Assembly: GCA_031409275.1 (NCBI GenBank)
Contig: JANNXA010000024.1
Location: 1-64,000, forward strand
DNA from: Planctomycetota bacterium
GTDB lineage: Bacteria; Planctomycetota; B15-G4; SIAN01
Length of the DNA stretch: 64,000 nucleotides
Direction: 5' to 3'
Position 1 is the stretch's first letter; each line of letters opens with the position of its first letter. The position numbers and the translations under genes are program-made. Below the pieces are notes generated by a model that ran no database searches, had not been told where the DNA came from, and worked only from the letters and a program-made list of their open reading frames with translations. This document shows, one piece after another, positions 1 through 11,100 of the stretch.

Positions 1-1930
1 CGTCGAGTTCAAGGATGTGGACGTAGCCCTCGAGATTGCCGAACACCACCTCGATCTTTCCGTCGTTGTCGAGGTCGAGTGCATGCATCGTGTCGCGCGC
101 ACCCGTCCAGGTGCCTTGGCCGATGGCGGTCAGGTTCGCGTTGCTTGCCGGAGCAGTGATCGTGAACGGATTCGCCATGCCCGCGCGGATGTCATGAACC
201 GACAAAACCGCGGCGTTGTTGATCGGTGCGGAATGAACGTGCCGAAGCGTGTGCGAATAGGGATCGGGATAGACCCCGGTTGGCGGTGCAGGGGCGGGCG
301 CGGAGACGATCAGCTCGGAGTTGGCGCTCGCATTGGTTCCTACCTTGATGTCCGACCATTCACCGCCGTCGTAGATCGTGTACTCGTTTGCGCCGGGCAC
401 ATAGCCACGGAACGGGTCGTGCTCGAAGTTCTTCATGAAACGGATGTCGAGGTTTCCGCCATAAGCCAAATTGCTCGGTTCGTTGCGTGTCCAGTGGAAC
501 GGAAAGTTCACTTCCAGATCACCGTTCCAGCCACGCACGGGAACCTTCACGTCGCTGGGGCGACGATTCATGCTGAACGCCGCCACATCCCACGGCTGCT
601 GACCAGCTGCCGGACGATCAAACCGCGTCCCGAGTGCATCGACCACCGTGAAGAACGGCGCCCACAGCGTGTCGGTCGGCAGGAGCCAAGCATCCCGCGC
701 CATCGCGGCCGAGAACTCGAACTGCAGCTCGTAGAAGTCACCCAGTCCGAGCCCGAAGTCGCTGACGATCCAGCCGGTCGTGCCGGCGTAGATCTTCGGT
801 TGCAACAGCGCCATGATCCCGCTGACGAGTTGGCCGTAGGAAATGCCGTCGAGGAACGAGCGGTCGATGCCGATCGGGGCGTACGGCGCGCCACCCTCAC
901 GGTAGGGGCCGCTGGCCCACTCACCTCGCACGAAGGCCTCTGCTTCCTGGGTGCGCTGGATCGTCGTCCACGGAGTGAGCGAGTAGTTCTCGCCGACGAA
1001 CACGACGATGTCCCCGGCTTCGATCGCTTGCGCGGGCACGCTCAAGTGCTCCGTGCCGTCGCTGAAGCGCCCGCCCTCGACGATGTTGTGGAAACTGCCG
1101 GTCAGTGGCCCGCTGAACTGCTGCGGTTTCCCATCGAAGGGGCGCCAGCGGTTCTTGTTGGTCCCGAAGTTCGAAGGGTGGAAGGCGTAGTTGTAGAGCA
1201 GGATGTTGGAGTTGACGGCCGGCAGCGAGATGGTGCCGTCGTCTCTGCATGCGATGCAGATCAGCATCGACCCGCCGTTGATCTTGTACGGCCACATCAG
1301 CACATTTCGATGTCCGGTCCCGGCGACGCCGCCAGCGGTGCAGTGCCACCAACACCCCCGCTGGATCGGGATCGTCAACGCTGGGAGCCCCTGGTGCTCT
1401 GCGTTCCAGATCGCGACGTCGGGGTCAAGGATGACCTGCGGCGGCGAACTCGTCGTCCGCGGAACCACGTTGACACCCGCGAACCCGCTGCGCCGCAACA
1501 CCGTCTCGAGGTCGCGCAGATCGAGCGATGACCGCTTCATCAACTCAAAGAACGTGCCCGGATCGCCTGTACCCGGCGCGTAGCCCGACGCGAAGTGATG
1601 CGGCCCCGGGCCTGACGCCTGCTGGTATCGCTCGAAGGGAACGAATCCGCCGGTGTCGACTGCGATCTCGCCTGCCGTGAAGTCGTAGGCCCCGCTGCGA
1701 CCGTCATTGACGTAGTACGAAGTGATGCTGGTTTGCCCGCGAATCGAATGAGTCGACGCGACGCTCAGCAGCAACGCGACGAGCAGCGGCCACCAAGCGC
1801 CCGGCCTCGCCCGCGAATCAGCTTCGTGTTGAAGTGCGCCCCCCCCCGCACTCTTTTGCTGCGGCTCGACGATTCCGCCGACTAGGGCAGCGCTCGACAA
1901 CACGTCGGCCACTGCCTGCTTCGTCCTCAT
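1..1930 (-). CDS. Large secreted hypothetical protein, runs off the window at its 3' end; G-x-S-x-G motif and start of an FG-GAP/VCBS-like repeat
   Basis: Hand-translated open frame from ATG 1930 to base 1 with no stop, so it is absent from the ORF track. SD GAAGGAGG upstream. Hydrophobic segment WWPLLVALLLSVAS, motif LDGISYGQL, and DLDNDGKIEVVFGNLEGYVHIL at the window edge. Confidence 0.75.
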   Translation of the reverse strand, partial: MRTKQAVADVLSSAALVGGIVEPQQKSAGGGALQHEADSRARPGAWWPLLVALLLSVASTHSIRGQTSITSYYVNDGRSGAYDFTAGEIAVDTGGFVPFERYQQASGPGPHHFASGYAPGTGDPGTFFELMKRSSLDLRDLETVLRRSGFAGVNVVPRTTSSPPQVILDPDVAIWNAEHQGLPALTIPIQRGCWWHCTAGGVAGTGHRNVLMWPYKINGGSMLICIACRDDGTISLPAVNSNILLYNYAFHPSNFGTNKNRWRPFDGKPQQFSGPLTGSFHNIVEGGRFSDGTEHLSVPAQAIEAGDIVVFVGENYSLTPWTTIQRTQEAEAFVRGEWASGPYREGGAPYAPIGIDRSFLDGISYGQLVSGIMALLQPKIYAGTTGWIVSDFGLGLGDFYELQFEFSAAMARDAWLLPTDTLWAPFFTVVDALGTRFDRPAAGQQPWDVAAFSMNRRPSDVKVPVRGWNGDLEVNFPFHWTRNEPSNLAYGGNLDIRFMKNFEHDPFRGYVPGANEYTIYDGGEWSDIKVGTNASANSELIVSAPAPAPPTGVYPDPYSHTLRHVHSAPINNAAVLSVHDIRAGMANPFTITAPASNANLTAIGQGTWTGARDTMHALDLDNDGKIEVVFGNLEGYVHILELD

Positions 1931-2313
1931 CGCTCGCCCTCCTTCGCGGCGCGATCCGCCGCGTCTACCCCTGATGAGAGCCTGCTCCCTCGATCCGCTG
2001 CTTCGCAAGGTTGAGCATCCCGCTGCGTTCCGACCGTCAGTAGCGCTGCGGGTCGATCCGGCGAGGCTCAGGAGTAGCGCGGTGTTGCAGGGCGTCAAGG
2101 CACGCCTTGGCAAATCGTCACATCTGCTGGAGCCCGCCTCCCACCATCGAGCGTCGCCCCGGCGGCCGAGCGCTCCCGCAGCCCGTCGGGCGCACCGTCT
2201 GGCGCGCTCCGGCAGCTGGCGAGCGAGCCGATGCGCGGCGGGCCGCGCCTCCCGCAACCGCACCGCTAGATTCCACCGCCGCCGCTCGCACGCACTCCCT
2301 CGGATCGCCGCCC

Positions 2314-4524
2314 ATGACGCGTCCTTCTTTCATCCGCCGCCTCGCCTGCACACTGCTGCTGCTCGCCCCCGCCGCCCGCGCGCAATCGACTGAGGCGCTG
2401 AAGGAACTGCTCGATGGCGTCGAGACGCTGGCCGCGCCGGGCACGCCGAGCCCGCTCGCGGCGTGGAGCAAGGAGGCGTGGATCGTGCTGGTCGGCAATG
2501 GCGGCAAGGGGATCCGCGCGCCGGCCATCGTGGCGGGACGCGCCGGCTCGGGCCGCTTCGTCGCGCTGCCGCACAACGGCTACTTCGCCGGTGATGCGCT
2601 CGCGAAGGCGGGCACGGCGCGCTTCCTCGCCAATGCCGTGCGATTCTGCGGCGGCAGCAAACGCGAGCCGGTGGTCGCGGCGCGCAATCAGGAGCTCGTC
2701 GATCTGCTGGCGCAGCAAGGCATCGTCGCGCGGGTGATCGGCGGCAGGCCGCTGTTGGAGGAGCTGCGCGGCGTCGACGTCATGCTCGGCCTCTCGAGCG
2801 AGCTCGCGGACGCCGACGTGACACCGCTCGAGCAGTGGGTTCGCGCGGGCGGTGGCCTCATCGCGGGGCAGTGCGCGTGGGGTTGGTTGCAGTCGTCGGG
2901 CAAGGCGTCGCTCGATGAGAACACGTTGCAGCGGCTGTTCGGGCGCTTTGGAGTGGCTTGGACGGCGGGCTACCTCGGCAAGACCGGCGGCGACGGATTC
3001 AACACCGAGCGCGACCCGCCGCGACTGACCCACGCCGAGGCCGCGTTCGACTACCTGTCGAAACACACCAAGCCGGAGACGATCAAGAACGAGACGCCGA
3101 TGCTGCAGGCGTCGGCGACCGTGACTGCCGTCGCGCAGGTGTTGCCGCCCGACGACACGCTGCTGCGACCGCGCATGGTCTCCGTCGGCGCCAAGAAACT
3201 CAGCGCGGTCGATCCGACCCCCGCAGCGCCGCTCACCCGGCTGAACGGCGGCGATCGCGCGCTGCTGACCTTCCTGCTGCGCGAAGCCGAGCGCGTACCG
3301 GCGCACGAAGTGAAGGCGTTCGCGGCGGCGAGTTCGTTCCCGGGCGCCGTGCCCGCCGACGCGCCGCGCGCGCAGCAATCGTTGACCATCGACACGGCGC
3401 GGCCGCGCTGGCACTCGACCGGTCTCTACGCCGCGCCAGGCGAGACGATCACGCTGCGCGTGCCGGCGAACGCTGTCGGCGCCGGTCTCGCATTCCAGAT
3501 CGGCGCCCACACCGACCTGCTCTACGACCTCGACTCTTGGGAACGGGCGCCGAAGGCGTTCGTGCGGCGGCCCGTCACCGCGTTGTCGACACCAATGGCG
3601 ACCCCGCTCGGCGGGTTGATCTACGTCGATGTCCCGGAAGGTTGCACGCTCGGTCCCATCGACGTCGAGATCACCGGAGCCGTGCAAGCGCCGTGGTTCG
3701 TGCTGGGGCGCGACGACGACGCGAGCTGGGCAGCGACGCTGCGCAGCAAACCAGCACCGTGGGCCGAGCTCGAATGCGATCGCATCATCGTCACGGTGCC
3801 GTCGACCGCGATCCGCGCGCTCGCGGCACCGACGGAGCTCATGCAGACGTGGACGAAGGTCGCGGATGCGATGGCCGACCTGGTCGGCATCCCGCGCGCG
3901 CGCAAGAGCCCCGAACGCTACGTCGCCGACGTGCAGATCTCCGCCGGCTACATGCATTCGGGCTACCCGATCATGACCCACCTCGATGCCGCGCCCGCGC
4001 TCTCCGATCCCGCGCTGCTGGCCAAGGGCAATTGGGGGCTCTTCCACGAGCTCGGCCACAACCACCAGGAGCCGGAATGGACGTTCGAGGGGACCGGCGA
4101 GGTCACCAACAACGTGTTGTGCATCTACGCGCTCGAACAGGTTTGCGGCGTGCCGGTGATGGCCGGCCACGAAGCGTTGGCGGCCACCGCCGCGCGCATC
4201 GGCGACCATTTGCGCGCCGGCGCCCCCTTCGACGCCTGGAAGGAGGAACCGTTCCTCGCGCTCCAGATGTACCTGCAGGTGCAGCACGCCTTCGGCTGGG
4301 AGCCGTTCAAGAAGGCGTTCGCCGACTATCGCGCGCTGCCGCGCCGCGAACGGCCGCGCACCGACGAAGCGAAGCGCGACCTGTGGATGGTGATGCTCTC
4401 CAGGACCACGAACCGCAACCTCGGCGCCTTCTTCGCGGCTTGGGGGGTCCCGATCTCCGAAGCGGCGCGCGCGACGGTCGCCGATCGGCTGGAATGGATG
4501 CCCGAGGGGTTCCCGCCGCAGTAA
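2314..4524 (+). CDS. M60-like (enhancin/TCAF-like) zinc metallopeptidase, secreted
   Basis: Signal peptide MTRPSFIRRLACTLLLLAPAARA; WHSTGLYAAPGE M60-like N-domain; GYMHSGYPI; gluzincin motif FHELGHNHQ...GEVTNN. Confidence 0.85.
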   Translation: MTRPSFIRRLACTLLLLAPAARAQSTEALKELLDGVETLAAPGTPSPLAAWSKEAWIVLVGNGGKGIRAPAIVAGRAGSGRFVALPHNGYFAGDALAKAGTARFLANAVRFCGGSKREPVVAARNQELVDLLAQQGIVARVIGGRPLLEELRGVDVMLGLSSELADADVTPLEQWVRAGGGLIAGQCAWGWLQSSGKASLDENTLQRLFGRFGVAWTAGYLGKTGGDGFNTERDPPRLTHAEAAFDYLSKHTKPETIKNETPMLQASATVTAVAQVLPPDDTLLRPRMVSVGAKKLSAVDPTPAAPLTRLNGGDRALLTFLLREAERVPAHEVKAFAAASSFPGAVPADAPRAQQSLTIDTARPRWHSTGLYAAPGETITLRVPANAVGAGLAFQIGAHTDLLYDLDSWERAPKAFVRRPVTALSTPMATPLGGLIYVDVPEGCTLGPIDVEITGAVQAPWFVLGRDDDASWAATLRSKPAPWAELECDRIIVTVPSTAIRALAAPTELMQTWTKVADAMADLVGIPRARKSPERYVADVQISAGYMHSGYPIMTHLDAAPALSDPALLAKGNWGLFHELGHNHQEPEWTFEGTGEVTNNVLCIYALEQVCGVPVMAGHEALAATAARIGDHLRAGAPFDAWKEEPFLALQMYLQVQHAFGWEPFKKAFADYRALPRRERPRTDEAKRDLWMVMLSRTTNRNLGAFFAAWGVPISEAARATVADRLEWMPEGFPPQ

Positions 4525-4577
4525 CCTCCGCCGCTTCGCACTCCCCACCGCCCATCGCGCCGCAGCGGAGAACTCTC

Positions 4578-5030
4578 ATGGTCACCTCGAAGGCAACCTC
4601 CGTCGCGAAGTTCCTGAAGGCGCATCCGCCCGAAACGGCCGCGACGCTCACGACGCTCTGCAAGCTGGTCCGCAAGGTCGCGCCGCGCGCGCTCGAGTCA
4701 ATGCAGTACGGCATGCCGAGCTGGTTCCAGAACGGGCCGCTCTTCGCGGTGAACGCGCAGAAGAACTACTTCGCCCTCTACTGCTGCGAGGTCGACCTCG
4801 TCGCCAAGCACCAGGCGACCCTTGGCCGGGTCGATTGCGGCATGAGCTGCGTCCGCTTCCGCAAGCTCGAACAGCTCGACCTCGCCGCCGTGAAGCAGAT
4901 GCTGGAAGCCGCCGTCGCGCGCCGTGACGCCGGCGGCGTCTACCAGACGCTGCAGTCGAAGCGGGTCGCCAAGAAGAGCGCGGCGAAGCGCCCGGCGCGC
5001 AAGGCCCCGGCGAAGCGCTCTCCTCGCTGA
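4578..5030 (+). CDS. DUF1801 (YdhG-like) protein with Lys/Arg-rich tail
   Basis: ESMQYGMPSW...AQKNYFALY...GMSCVRFRKLEQLD pattern; basic C-terminus KKSAAKRPARKAPAKR. Confidence 0.8.
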   Translation: MVTSKATSVAKFLKAHPPETAATLTTLCKLVRKVAPRALESMQYGMPSWFQNGPLFAVNAQKNYFALYCCEVDLVAKHQATLGRVDCGMSCVRFRKLEQLDLAAVKQMLEAAVARRDAGGVYQTLQSKRVAKKSAAKRPARKAPAKRSPR

Positions 5031-5195
5031 CGAGCGGGCCCCGCGCGGGAACGCTCGCCGGGAACTCGCCGACGACCACTCGTTCGAACGGCACGCGCCA
5101 CGCTTTGCTTCCGCAAACGTTGGCGTTTCGGCGGCGTTGGATGCTCCTTGCGCCGCGCTCCATCTCCTCGCACGCGACCTCTTTCGGAACCTCCC

Positions 5196-8100
5196 ATGCG
5201 CACCCCGCTGCTCCTCGGCTTCGCGGTCGTCGGACTCGCCCTCGCGCCGCTGATCGCATTGCCGTTGCCGACCCCGCTCGATCCGCGCCTCGCGCAAGAG
5301 CTGTCGAGCGACGCTTCGCTGGCGAAGGTGGTCGATCGCGAAGGAGTCGGTCTGGCGCGCGCCGGCCACTCGTTGCGGTGGCGGGCGGCGGAGGCCAACG
5401 ACTCGCTCTTCGCGGGCGAGTGGCTCAAGACTGGCGCACGCGGCGCGAACGCGCTGGAACTGCGGCTGAAGGATGGCGCGCGAGTGATCCTCGGCCCGGG
5501 CGCGCAGCTCGAATTGGTCGACGCGACGACGCTTCGCGTCGCTGCCGGCGAAGTCGAGGTCGGCGCCACGACGGAGAAGCCGCTCACGCTGCGCGGACCG
5601 GGCGATGCGACACTTACGCTTTCGGCGACGACCGTCGTGCGCGCCGCGGACCTGCGCCTCGAAACGCTGAAGAGCGAGCCGCAGTGGCTGACCGGCTTCA
5701 AGTCGGGCCAGTCGACCGAAGCGATGGGTTCGCTGCTCGCCACCATCGACGGCCGCGAGGTGCCGCTCACGCTGGGCTACCACAAGGTCACGGTCGACGT
5801 GCGCGACCAGATCGCGCGCACCGTCATCGAGGAGAGCTTCGAGAATCACACCGACGCGGTGCTCGAAGGCGTCTTCTATTTCCCGCTGCCGGCCGATGCG
5901 TCGATCTCGAGCTTCGGCATGTGGATCGGCGGCGAGCTGGTCGAAGCGGACATCGTCGAGAAGGAGCGCGCGCGCGCCATCTACGAGCAGATCCTGCGCG
6001 AGAAGCGCGATCCGGGCTTGCTCGAGTGGACCGGCGGCAACCTCTTCAAGGCGCGCGTGTACCCGATCGTCGGCGAGAAGCGCATCAAGATCGGCTACAC
6101 GCAAGTCCTCGCCAAGCGCGGCGACGTCTACCGCTGGAACTACGCGCTGCAGAGCGAGCTTCTGCGTCGCACGCCGCTGAAGCAGCTCTCGATCGACGTG
6201 CACGTCAGTTCTGCCGAGCCGCTCGCGTCGGTGGCCTGCCCCTCGCACTCCTGCCGCATCGAGGCGACCGCGCATGCCGCGACCGTCTCCTTCGAAGCGC
6301 AGGAGTTCCGTCCCGACCGCGACTTCGAGCTGCGCATCGCGACGCAACCGGCCACCAACGCCGGAGCCTGGCAGGGCAACCCCAACCTCTCCTTCGTCGA
6401 CGATCAACGCGGTGACGACGGCTACTTCATGGTCCGCTTCACCGCGCCGCCGACCGAGAGCTGCCCGCCGCCCGACGAGGCGCGGCCGAGCGACTGGCTG
6501 CTCTTGTGCGACACGTCCGGATCGCTGCGCGGCCCGGCGCGGGCGACGCAGCTGCAGTTCCTGGAAGCGCTGCTCGCGTCGCTCGGACCGCACGACACGA
6601 TCCAGGTCGCGACTTGCGACGTCGAGACGCGCTTTGCGTTCCCGGCGCCCGTCGCCAACGACGAGGCGAACCGGGCCGCGGCGCTGCAGTTCGTGGAGAA
6701 GCGCGAGGCGCTCGGCTGGTCCGATCTCGCCGGCGCGTTCAGCGAGTGCTTCAAGGCGCTGCGGCCGGAGACGCAACTCGTCTACGTCGGCGATGGCGTG
6801 CCGACGCTCGGGGACGCCGATCCGGCGAAGTGCGCCGACTCCATCACGAAGGCGTTCCAGGGTCGCGGCACGGTCCACGCGGTCGTGCCGGGCAGCGCCC
6901 AGGAACCGATCGTGCTGCGCGCGATGACGAAGCTTGGCGATGGTTCATTGCGCGAGATCGGCGGCGGCAGCGATGCGACGCAGGTCGCGCAGCAGCTGAT
7001 CAGTGACGCCACCGATTGGCGCGCGACCGACCTCAAGATCGAGTTCGACGGCATCCCGGTCGCCGCCGTCTATCCGCAAACGCTGCCAAGCCTCGCGCGC
7101 GGCGAGCAGCAGATCGTCGTCGGCCGTTACGACGCGCGCACCGGCCATCGCGGCAGCGTGCGGGTCACTGGTCGCGGCCTCGCGCCGCTGGCGCTGCCGG
7201 TCGTGCTCGATGACCTCGGCGACAAGAGCTCCTTCATCCCCCGCCTCTGGGCGCGCCACCACATGGACCACCTGCTGGCGCAGCCTGCCAGCAAGGCGAC
7301 CAAGGAGCAGGTGATCGCGCTGTCCGAGGAGTTCCAGCTCGTCTCGCCCTACGCGTCGTTCCTGGTGCTCGAAAGCGAGGCCGACCGCGAGCGCTTCCGC
7401 GTGCAGAAGCAGACGCGCATGCGCGATGGCGAGGAGTTCTTCGCCAAGGGGCGCGCCGACGGCGATTTCGAACTCGCGCAGGCGCAGATGCAGAAGGCGC
7501 AGCAGTGGCGCGTCGGGGTGCGCAACGACGTGCTGGCGATGCTGGCCGGCCTCGACCGCGACTTGATCGAGCGGTTGCGGCCGCAGTCGAACGAGGTGGC
7601 CTACGGCGAGGACACGAGCCGTTACTACTTGTCCGCGCTTGGCGGCGGCGGCGGCGGCGAGGGCCGCTCGCTCGACCTCGACAGCCAGATGGCTGGCAGA
7701 GCTGGAAGCCTTCGCTTGCAGCGCGGCGGGGGTCGGAAGTTCCAACTGGATGTGCTCGACGAGTCGGTCCGCAGCGACCTGAAGAGCCTCGGGTACACCG
7801 GCTCGAGCGGCGAAGAGGTCATGGAAGCGGAAGGGGAGTCCGTCGACCTCCGCGCAGAGCTCTCGCCGGGCGACACCGAAGTCCTCGACGAAGATGAAGA
7901 GTCGGAGCCGAGCCTCACACCCGCTGCAACGGAGAAGAACCGGGGCGACGAGCTCTCTGCGTCGCTCGCGTTGCCCGCAACGCGCGAACGCAAGCTGAAG
8001 TCACGGCGAGGCCTCGCCAAGAACGTCACCGGGTTCGTCACGGCCGGAGGTTTCGGTTTCAACGACGGCGACGACGTCCTGTCGGACTTCTCGACGCTCT

Positions 8101-11100
8101 CGTTCGATCGTCGCGATGGCCGGCCGCGACCACCCTCCGATCCTTTCGCCGCGTGGTTCGACGAGGTGGCGCCACCGTGGCCCGCCTTCGCGCCCGAGTT
8201 CACCGGCGAGATCGCGGAGCTGCTGGCGGCGCTCGACCTGCGCGCCCGGATCGCGGCGCTGGCCGGCGGCCTCGACTGGCGCACGCGCGGCACGACCACC
8301 GATCGCCGCGGCACGACCCTGCTGCTCGGCGAAGGCAACGCGCTCCTCTCGCCGCGTGGCTGGATCGTCGAGCCGCTGCATCGAGCGGGCGACGACGCTC
8401 ACCTCGACTGGTGGAACGGTGCGCAGCGCGGCGCGTGGAACCGCGCGTGGCGACTCGGCCGCGTGCGCGCCTCGCAAGCCGGTGATGCCACCAGCTTCCC
8501 TTCGCTGACAGGTTTCCTTTTCAGCGACCTTTCCATCCGCTTCCGCGGTTTCGAGGCGACGTTGACGCGCGACGCCAACGGCATGGCGCTCCTGAGTTTC
8601 GTCCAGCCCGCCGCTCGCGATCAGCGGGTCGAGGTGCGGATCGACGTCGAGAAGAAGCTGGTGGTCGAAGAGAGCTGGCAGGCGAACGGTGTCGTCTACT
8701 ACCACGTGCAAGTCGAGCAGAGCACCTCGGCCGCCGGCCACTGGTGGCCGACTCGCGTCGTCACCCAATCGCCGCGTGAAGCTTCGCGTGCCGAGTGGAC
8801 CTTCACCGTCACCGAGCTCGCGGCTGCCGACTTCGATCGCGCGCTGGCGGCCGCCCTTGCGACGCGCAGCGAGCTGATCGAGATCGGCGAGCTGCCGGCC
8901 ACGCTGGCCGCCGCCAAGCAGGCCGCTGCGGAAGGCAAGGCGGGGCTCGCCGAGCGCTGGCTGCTGCTGCGCGCCGCGGCCATGCGCAACGACGCCGATG
9001 CGACGCGCGCGGCGTTCGCCGAATTCGCGGCACTCGCTTCCGGCAAGCGCAGCCTCGAGCTGCTCGATCTGGTGCTGCGCACGACGGTCCGCGACCACGA
9101 GTCGTTGCGGCTGCGGCTCCTCGAACTCGCCGCGCCGCTGAACGCCGCGCCGGCGCTCACCGACCTCGCGCGTGCGCAGACGCTGCTCGCCTTCGCGACG
9201 CCGCTGCGCCCCGGCGACGAGATGCTGGAGCTGCTGCACGCGCTCGACGCACTCTTCGCTCGCCAGGTCGACGATCCGTCGGCCCGCTTCGGCCACGCCA
9301 CTCAACTCCTCGGGCAACTGCAGGCGACGCCGCGCGTCGACGAAGCGTTCCAGGCGGCGATTCAGCTGGCGACCGATTGGCCGACGCAGGCGCAGGCGCA
9401 CATCACCCTCGCACAGCTGCGCGCGCAGCGCGGCGAAATCGACCTCGCGCTGCGCCTCCTCGCCGATGCGATCGCGGCGAAGGGACCGTGGAGCGAAGGG
9501 GAGCGCCAGGTGCTGGCCGATACGCGCTGCCACGTGCTGTGGAACGGCTACCGCCTCGAACAGCTCGTGGAGGAGACGACGGCGCTGCTGCGAGAGCAGC
9601 CCGAAGCGCCGACGCAGACGCAGCTCGAGCGCCTGCTGAGCGGGCTCGTGATGCTCGACCGCGAGACGCTCTGGTGGAAGACGATCGAGCAGTGGTTCGG
9701 CGAGGCGCGCGCCGCGGTCCGCGCGCAGCGACCGCTCACCGACGGCGAGCAGCGGCGCCTCAGCGCTGCGATTCGCCACGCGCTCGGTCAGGGCGAGGGT
9801 TGCTGGTGGTGGAACAGGACCTTCGAGCCCGCCGAGGCGACCCTGCTGGTCGCCACCGGTCGCGAACTGCTGGACGACGAGCGAGTCGGCGCGCAGGGCT
9901 CGCAACTGCTGGCGGCCGTGGCGCAGACGCTCGAGGGGCGCGAGGCGTTCGCAGCGCTCTGGCCGCGGCTGCGCGAAAGCGCGAGCCGCGAATCGGCGGC
10001 GCGCCTGTCGCGCTGGGTGTCGCTGCTGCGCCAGGTCAGCTTCCAGCCGGCCGGCGAGGATGCGACATGGCAGGCCCTCTTCGATGATCTCGCCGCACGC
10101 GCCAAGGCGGCGGCCGACGCACGCGAGCGCGCCGAGATCGAAACGATCGTCATGACCTACGCCCGGCGTCCGCTTCAGCTCGACGTGCTGCGCGATCGCG
10201 TGACGCGCGCGACCGAGGTCGGCACGCTCGAGCCGGCAGCGGCCGCTCTCTTCGCGACGTTGCTGTTGGAACCGTTCAGCGCCGCGATCGAACAGGAGCT
10301 GCGCGGGCTGATCGATCGACTCGGGCCACCGCCTTCGAACGCGGGCGCTGCCGTGCTGGAGCGCGCGCGTCGCTTCGCGCGGATCGTGGCGTGGCATGAC
10401 TTCGTCGACTGGTCGATCGATGCGCGCGCCGCCGCGGCGGTCGCCGCGATCCCGGACGGTAACGCGCTGCCGCGCAAGAAGCTGAAGCTGGCGCAGGAGG
10501 AGCAGACGCGGCTCGCCCGCAAGGTCGTGCGCACGATGCTCACGAACGAGCTCGATCGCGCGCCCGAAGGCCCCTACGCCGACTGGCTGCGGCTCGATCG
10601 CGCGTGGCTCGACGTGAAGTTGCGCGCCGACACGGAACCGGCGCGACGCGAGCTGCTGTCGATGCTGGCTCGCCACCTCGCCGCGGCCGGCCAGAAGCCC
10701 GAGGCCGAACTCGAGCTCGACGCGCGGGTGATGGCGCAGCGCGCCGCGACCACCCTGCTGCATCTGCTGGCGCGGGCCGACGACGCGTCGCGCGCCGCTC
10801 AGGAACGCGAGCTGCTGGCGCTGACCGACGCGGCGCAGGCGCAGAAATGCGCTCTGCTCGACTGGAGGGAACTCGACTGGCAGCGGCTGGTGGCGCTCGA
10901 CCGTGGCGATGAGCTCGAGGCGAAGCTCGCGCAGTGGCTCGGCGATGGCGACTCTTACGCGCTGCTGCGCTACGGCGTGTCGCTCGCGTGGATTCGCGCC
11001 GAGCGCGGCAAGCTCGACGAGGCGATCGCGCTGGGCTGGCGCCTCGGCGAGAAAGAGGAGCTCGACCACGACGATTGGCTGGCGTTGTCGAACTGGTGCA

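Noticed and set aside
1931..2313. 383-bp intergenic region with a small hairpin (about 1945-1963) as a possible riboswitch or ncRNA
   Set aside because: No recognisable RNA family motif; consistent with a divergent promoter region
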